Assembly (NCBI GenBank): GCA_964252035.1
Contig: OZ176200.1
DNA: 64,000 nucleotides
Strand: one strand, 5' to 3'
Source: Podarcis erhardii
Taxonomy: Eukaryota
Positions 62,601-64,000 of this stretch are shown here, piece after piece. The notes beneath the pieces were generated by a model. It was not told the DNA's origin and made no database searches. It worked only from the letters and a program-made list of their open reading frames with translations. Numbering within the stretch: position 1 is the stretch's first letter; each line of letters starts with the position of its first letter. The position numbers and the translations under genes were made by a program.

Positions 62601-63820
62601 ATTTTAAATAATGAGATATGTGCAAAACACTTTGTTTTCTGTCAGAGGGTAATTACTTTGGCTTTGAAACCAGCCATCTAGCTAGTTGTAGTGCTTCTTA
62701 TTTTGCTAGAAGTGTTTATAAAACAACAGTTTTTGCACTCCATAGATTTTATTTTATTTTATTTTATTGCACCTGAATATCAGCAAGTGCTTGAAGATGC
62801 TGGTCATTAAATGTTTCAATCACAAAAACTTTAAAAATGGCCATTCCGTTTAGTGGCTGTATTCGGATAGCACATTAAGCACATTAACCCGTTGCGTGCC
62901 TCAACAAACAGTGAGTCATTTCCACTGTGCCCTTTCCCTAGCACTTAAAATCATGGTTTGTTGGAAGAGAAACAAACCATGAGCACTGGTTAGAACACGA
63001 CAGTAATCAAAGGTTTGTTGCTCCTGCTCATTATATGGAAGGAGTGTGTCAGGAGCGATTTCAGCAGCATTCACTAGAGCAGTCCTTGTTCATGATAAGC
63101 CATGGTTTAGTTGGAGGCCAAGAAAAATCCATATTTTTAGCCGTCAGGAGATTAGAACATTATGTAACTTCCTTAATGTAGTGTGTCATGTCTGTTTTCC
63201 TTGAACATGCCATACCTGAGCATCAAGTAGGGGACCTCAGGAAAGACCTATTTTGTGATGCAGTGGGAGGGTGGAACTGGCAAAAGAAACTGGCAGCTTG
63301 CAAATTTCAGCTCTCGCATCTCTGCATCCAGCTCATTGTCGATCTGTGAATGTTACTGGTTTTTGTTTGTATGTTTTTTAGGCACCCTGGAAGTGAGTGG
63401 AACTGAAGGGTGGCACATAACATTCTAAATGCATTTATTCAGGGAGGTTGTTTTTATCTCATTCCAAGAGACTTCTGCAGTGATGTAGAAAGATCTCACC
63501 TGATAAAAATGTGTCACGTAGAACCAACAGAAAGTGCTTGCCCTGTGGTGACAAGAGCTACCACATTGCATAATTTAAGCAGAGGCACAGAGATGTAAGG
63601 CACTGGCACAGTTTTTTGTTTTGCTTTGAGAAGATTGCCAAAAGTATTGTTATGATTGCACATCTGATATAATGTTACCAGTTTGTATACTATAATGACA
63701 GGTACCAATGTATGTGTATTTTCATCTCCTTTATTTCCTTCTGAAACATTTCTTTTAGATCAAGAGGTCCAATGTTTGAAAGTAGGAATGGAATCATTAT
63801 TGGCTGCAAATCAAGAAAAG
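13238..63820 (+). CDS. PPFIBP2: Liprin-beta-2, partial spliced CDS: join(13238-13301, 21821-22035, 42075-42167, 47913-48026, 54870-55001, 58581-58673, 59062-59170, 63759-63820); 3' part lies beyond the window
   Basis: Exons splice in frame with GT-AG boundaries to MASDASHMLEAALEQMDDIIAG...SQVNHHTSASNETYQERLTRLEGDKESLILQVSVLTDQVEAQGEKIRDLEVCLEGHQLKLNATEEMLQQELLSRTLLETQKLDLM...QYEWKLKATKAEIAQLQEQLALKDSEIERL...DQEVQCLKVGMESLLAANQEK. This matches recalled liprin-beta-2 (MASDASH start, KLVGMEKEQ, YEWKLKATK) rather than liprin-beta-1 (MMSDASD). Total 882 nt = 294 codons. Confidence 0.95.
15775..15911. mobile_element. URR1-like palindromic hAT MITE (degraded relatives at about 2696-2823 and 26010-26125)
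   Basis: Ends CAGGGATGGAGAACCT...AAGTTCCCCAGTCCT, with an internal quasi-palindrome GACATTGTTGGAGCACAGCTCC...GGAGAGTTGTGGGCAAACAAATC. Confidence 0.6.
16956..17125 (+). mobile_element. MIR/CORE-like tRNA SINE (other degraded copies at about 40836-40990, 47612-47720 and 34283-34325)
   Basis: GTGGTTAGAG...GGGTTCACATCCCCACTCCGCCATGAAGCTCA...CTCTCAGCC...CAGGGTTTTTGTGAGAAT. Confidence 0.6.
17352..17418. repeat. Perfect tandem duplication, 34-bp period
   Basis: CATTAGTGTGAGACATTTGCTCATCAGTTTAAG occurs at 17352 and 17386. Confidence 0.95.
17486..17676 (+). mobile_element. Penelope-like element terminal fragment with an inverted partial copy (fold-back) and a 14-bp TSD
   Basis: Perfect 64-bp inverted repeat (17484-17547 / 17579-17642); identical flanks CATTAACCTTTTCA at 17472-17485 and 17677-17690; same sequence as the copy at 59358-59487. 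Confidence 0.8.
17552..17585 (+). ncRNA. Minimal hammerhead ribozyme core (stem I 5' strand lost)
   Basis: CTGAAGA-A-GTGTG-CATG-CACAC-GAAA-GC-TC-ATAC: CUGANGA and GAAA boxes, palindromic stem II, minimal stem III and a UC cleavage site. Confidence 0.7.
19510..20580 (+). mobile_element. BovB (RTE-clade LINE) 5' fragment with a decayed AP-endonuclease domain
   Basis: KYCIGTWNVRTMN...ILGISELKW...QVYAPT...IIGDWNAKVG...NQIDYILC...GSDHQL. In-frame stops at 20021-20023 and 20336-20338 and a frameshift near 20490; no RT domain follows. Confidence 0.92.
21821..22035 (+). CDS. PPFIBP2: PPFIBP2 coding exon 2 (215 nt; GTKAAAEYTNG...WLEENL)
   Basis: Acceptor ttttcttttAG at 21820; donor CTG|GTAAGG at 22036; overlaps track ORF 21862-22080. 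Confidence 0.95.
25477..25828 (-). mobile_element. Full-length Sauria SINE (Squam1-type) with an (ACCTTT)n tail and a perfect 15-bp TSD
   Basis: GTTGCAGGGAGAAGG at 25462-25476 and 25829-25843; tRNA-like head with B-box GGTTCGAATCC on the minus strand; CpG-rich. Confidence 0.9.
26801..27505 (+). mobile_element. Internally deleted Tc1-like DNA transposon with a transposase C-terminal remnant
   Basis: Imperfect ~70-bp inverted repeats (26808-26876 vs 27419-27485). SNLNP-ENL* at 27109-27135 corresponds to SPDLNPIENLW; KSLVHSLGRHCRAIIAAKDNHTKY* ends at 27258. Confidence 0.75.
29480..29656 (+). mobile_element. L2-type retroposon 3' end with a stem-loop and a (TAT)n tail
   Basis: T-rich 3' UTR, GC-rich hairpin at 29561-29594, then about 17 TAT units (29607-29656). 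Confidence 0.65.
30232..30444 (-). mobile_element. Tc1/mariner MITE with the same TIRs, opposite orientation, 213 bp
   Basis: Identical 19-bp perfect TIRs and TA flanks; its start is the reverse complement of the end of the 11715 copy. Confidence 0.9.
33824..34006 (+). mobile_element. Degraded Squam3-like tRNA SINE
   Basis: TAGCTCAGTGG...CTCCAGGTATGACTGGAAAAGATTCC...GCTGCCAGTCAGTGTGGG...TACTGAGCTGGATG...GTCTGAC. Confidence 0.6.
35193..35240 (+). CDS. PPFIBP2: Probable alternative start exon of a short liprin-beta-2 isoform (MESEIDIYKHFTWLKR), phase 0 onto exon 3
   Basis: Strong Kozak agcATGG, 16 open codons, perfect donor AGG|GTAAGT at 35241, phase compatible with the 42075/42081 acceptors. 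The peptide resembles my recollection of alternative liprin-beta N-termini in other vertebrates (not verified). Confidence 0.75.
42075..42167 (+). CDS. PPFIBP2: PPFIBP2 coding exon 3 (93 nt; SQVNHHTSASNETYQERLTRLEGDKESLILQ)
   Basis: Acceptor ttctctttAG at 42074, with a second in-frame CAG at 42080; donor CAG|GTACGC at 42168. Confidence 0.95.
42564..42716 (-). mobile_element. tRNA-Ile-derived SINE with a CR1-like 3' tail
   Basis: The minus strand TAGCTCAGTTGGTTAGACCATGGTGCTGATAACACCAAGGTTGCAGGCTCGATCCCTGTATGGACCA is a tRNA-Ile body, followed by the same tail as at 48924-48990. Confidence 0.85.
45860..46360 (+). mobile_element. Older L1-clade 3' remnant
   Basis: ARTLYAKCWRLQTIP...EW resembles the same L1 ORF2 C-terminal motif and is followed by an AT-rich 3' UTR-like tract. 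Confidence 0.5.
47913..48026 (+). CDS. PPFIBP2: PPFIBP2 coding exon 4 (114 nt; VSVLTDQVEAQGEKIRDLEVCLEGHQLKLNATEEMLQQ)
   Basis: Acceptor caattgtAG at 47912; donor CAG|GTAGGA at 48027; highly conserved liprin-beta peptide. Confidence 0.96.
48844..48990 (+). mobile_element. tRNA-Lys-derived SINE with a CR1-like 3' tail
   Basis: TAGCTCAGTCAGTAGAGCATGAGACTTTTAATCTCAGGGTCATGGGTTCTAGCCCCACGTTGGGC is a tRNA-Lys body with a broken acceptor stem. It is followed by CCTGCATTGCAGGGGGTTGGACTA...TTCTATGATTC. Confidence 0.85.
49776..50225 (-). mobile_element. RTE-clade LINE 3' end, 5'-truncated, with a (GAA)n tail
   Basis: Track ORF 49798-50262 contains GHVVWIPDYRLPKRLYSEVKNGKRNAGGQQKRFKDCLKAN, a typical post-RT RTE C-terminus. 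A frameshifted CPHCG-type zinc-finger remnant follows, and (TTC)n lies at 49777-49791. Confidence 0.85.
50565..50673 (+). mobile_element. Degraded 5S rRNA-derived SINE fragment
   Basis: CTAAGCAGGTCTGGGTCAATTCAGTGTCTAGATGGAAGGCTGCCTGGGAA aligns by eye to the 3' half of 5S rRNA, followed by a LINE-type tail GAGGAAAGGCAGGATACAAA. Confidence 0.5.
53160..53328 (+). mobile_element. CR1/L2-type LINE 3' fragment (related pieces at about 20630-20885 and 52870-52960)
   Basis: CACATAGTGAAATTATGGAAGTCGTTCCCAGAGGAGGCAATGATGGCCGCCAACTTGGATGGCTTTA...AATTCATG is shared in part with the two other fragments. Confidence 0.55.
54870..55001 (+). CDS. PPFIBP2: PPFIBP2 coding exon 5 (132 nt; ELLSRTLLETQKLDLM...EEKQNKAE)
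   Basis: Acceptor tttttgcAG at 54869; donor GAG|GTGAGC at 55002; lies within track ORF 54828-55073. Confidence 0.96.
55787..55969 (+). CDS. PPFIBP2: Probable in-frame cassette exon, 183 nt / 61 aa (SVVNLISELQEQMCRLQLDINSKIQERK...KNCTQCD)
   Basis: Long pyrimidine tract + TAG at 55786; open phase 0 frame; donor GAT|GTATGA at 55970; length divisible by 3; the first half has a heptad-like L/I pattern. Confidence 0.65.
56630..56652. repeat. (ATC)n microsatellite, probably a minus-strand retroposon tail
   Basis: About 7 ATC units followed by ACATTTATATGCAGCC, a reverse-complement LINE/SINE-type 3' end. Confidence 0.8.
58581..58673 (+). CDS. PPFIBP2: PPFIBP2 coding exon 6 (93 nt; NLLQELKHLKIKVEELENERTQYEWKLKATK)
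   Basis: Acceptor ccctttgcAG at 58580; donor AAA|GTAAGC at 58674. Confidence 0.96.
59062..59170 (+). CDS. PPFIBP2: PPFIBP2 coding exon 7 (109 nt; AEIAQLQEQLALKDSEIERLQSQISRTSGNNEIAER + G, phase 1 end)
   Basis: Acceptor gttctttcAG at 59061; donor GAG|GTAATG at 59171; absent from the ORF track. Confidence 0.95.
59358..59487 (-). mobile_element. Penelope-like element terminal fragment with a 14-bp TSD (1 mismatch)
   Basis: Near-identical to 17548-17676 in reverse. Flanks are TTTTTTCTCAGTTA (59344-59357) and TTTTTCCTCAGTTA (59494-59507). Confidence 0.8.
59450..59487 (-). ncRNA. Intact minimal type I hammerhead ribozyme motif, 38 nt
   Basis: The minus strand reads GTAT-CTGAAGA-A-GTGTGCATGCACAC-GAAA-GC-TC-ATAC, with stem I GUAU/AUAC. 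Predicted cut lies between 59454 and 59453. Confidence 0.8.
60669..60701 (+). CDS. PPFIBP2: Probable 33-nt in-frame microexon (EEVYRRRLKEK, then H instead of D)
   Basis: Acceptor ctcttcatttcccaccgtAG at 60668; donor C|GTAAGC at 60702; phase 1-1 fits between exons 7 and 8. It resembles the recalled optional DENFKKKLKEK segment of liprin-beta-1. Confidence 0.8.
62410..62605 (+). mobile_element. Second L2-type 3' end, identical over 53 bp to the 29553-29605 copy
   Basis: GTTGTTAGCCGCCCTGAGCCCGGCTTCGGCTGGGGAGGGCGGGATATAAATAA at 62521-62573, with a TAT-rich tail. Confidence 0.65.
63759..63820 (+). CDS. PPFIBP2: PPFIBP2 coding exon 8 (62 nt; (D/H)QEVQCLKVGMESLLAANQEK)
   Basis: Acceptor tttcttttAG at 63758; donor AAG|GTAAGA at 63821; the phase 1 start matches exon 7. 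Confidence 0.95.
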
Positions 63821-63843
63821 GTAAGAAAAGTGCAACCGTTAAG

Positions 63844-63880
63844 TGTTGTTGTTGTTGTTGTTGTTGTTGTTGGTTGTTGT
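63844..63880. repeat. (GTT)n microsatellite just downstream of exon 8
   Basis: Direct reading: about 12 GTT units with one interruption. Confidence 0.9.
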
Positions 63881-64000
63881 ATATGCCTCCTTTTCCCAGG
63901 CTAGGACTCAAAGCAGCTTACAGATAAAAGGGGGGGGGCAGAGAAAACTAAAAACTGAGAAGATCATCGTTTATATATGGGCAACTCCCCATTTACGTGA

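Noticed and set aside
1-64000. Prokaryotic-type systems (CRISPR arrays, operons, defence loci)
   Set aside because: The DNA is an intron-rich vertebrate locus with no regularly spaced repeat-spacer array or dense ORF clusters.

Overview
Vertebrate genomic DNA, most likely a squamate reptile (lizard, probably lacertid-like, inferred only from its Sauria SINE, BovB, Squam3-like SINE and Penelope repeats). The window covers the 5' coding part of one + strand gene, PPFIBP2 (liprin-beta-2). Eight canonical coding exons (13238-63820, 882 nt, 294 codons, all GT-AG, phases consistent) encode the N-terminal coiled-coil region; the gene continues past the window end, and no CpG island or main promoter is visible. 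Splice-signal reading adds three probable alternative coding exons: an internal start exon (35193-35240, MESEIDIYKHFTWLKR), a 183-nt in-frame cassette (55787-55969) and a 33-nt microexon (60669-60701, EEVYRRRLKEK). The introns are rich in transposon relics: BovB and RTE LINE pieces, L1, L2- and CR1-type 3' ends, a young full-length Sauria SINE, tRNA-Lys- and tRNA-Ile-headed SINEs sharing one CR1-like tail, a 5S-derived SINE, Tc1/mariner and hAT MITEs, and an internally deleted Tc1 element. Two Penelope-like fragments carry minimal hammerhead ribozyme motifs, one inside a perfect 64-bp inverted repeat. Nearly all ORFs in the supplied track are chance intronic ORFs. All family names come from recalled consensus features; no database search was run.
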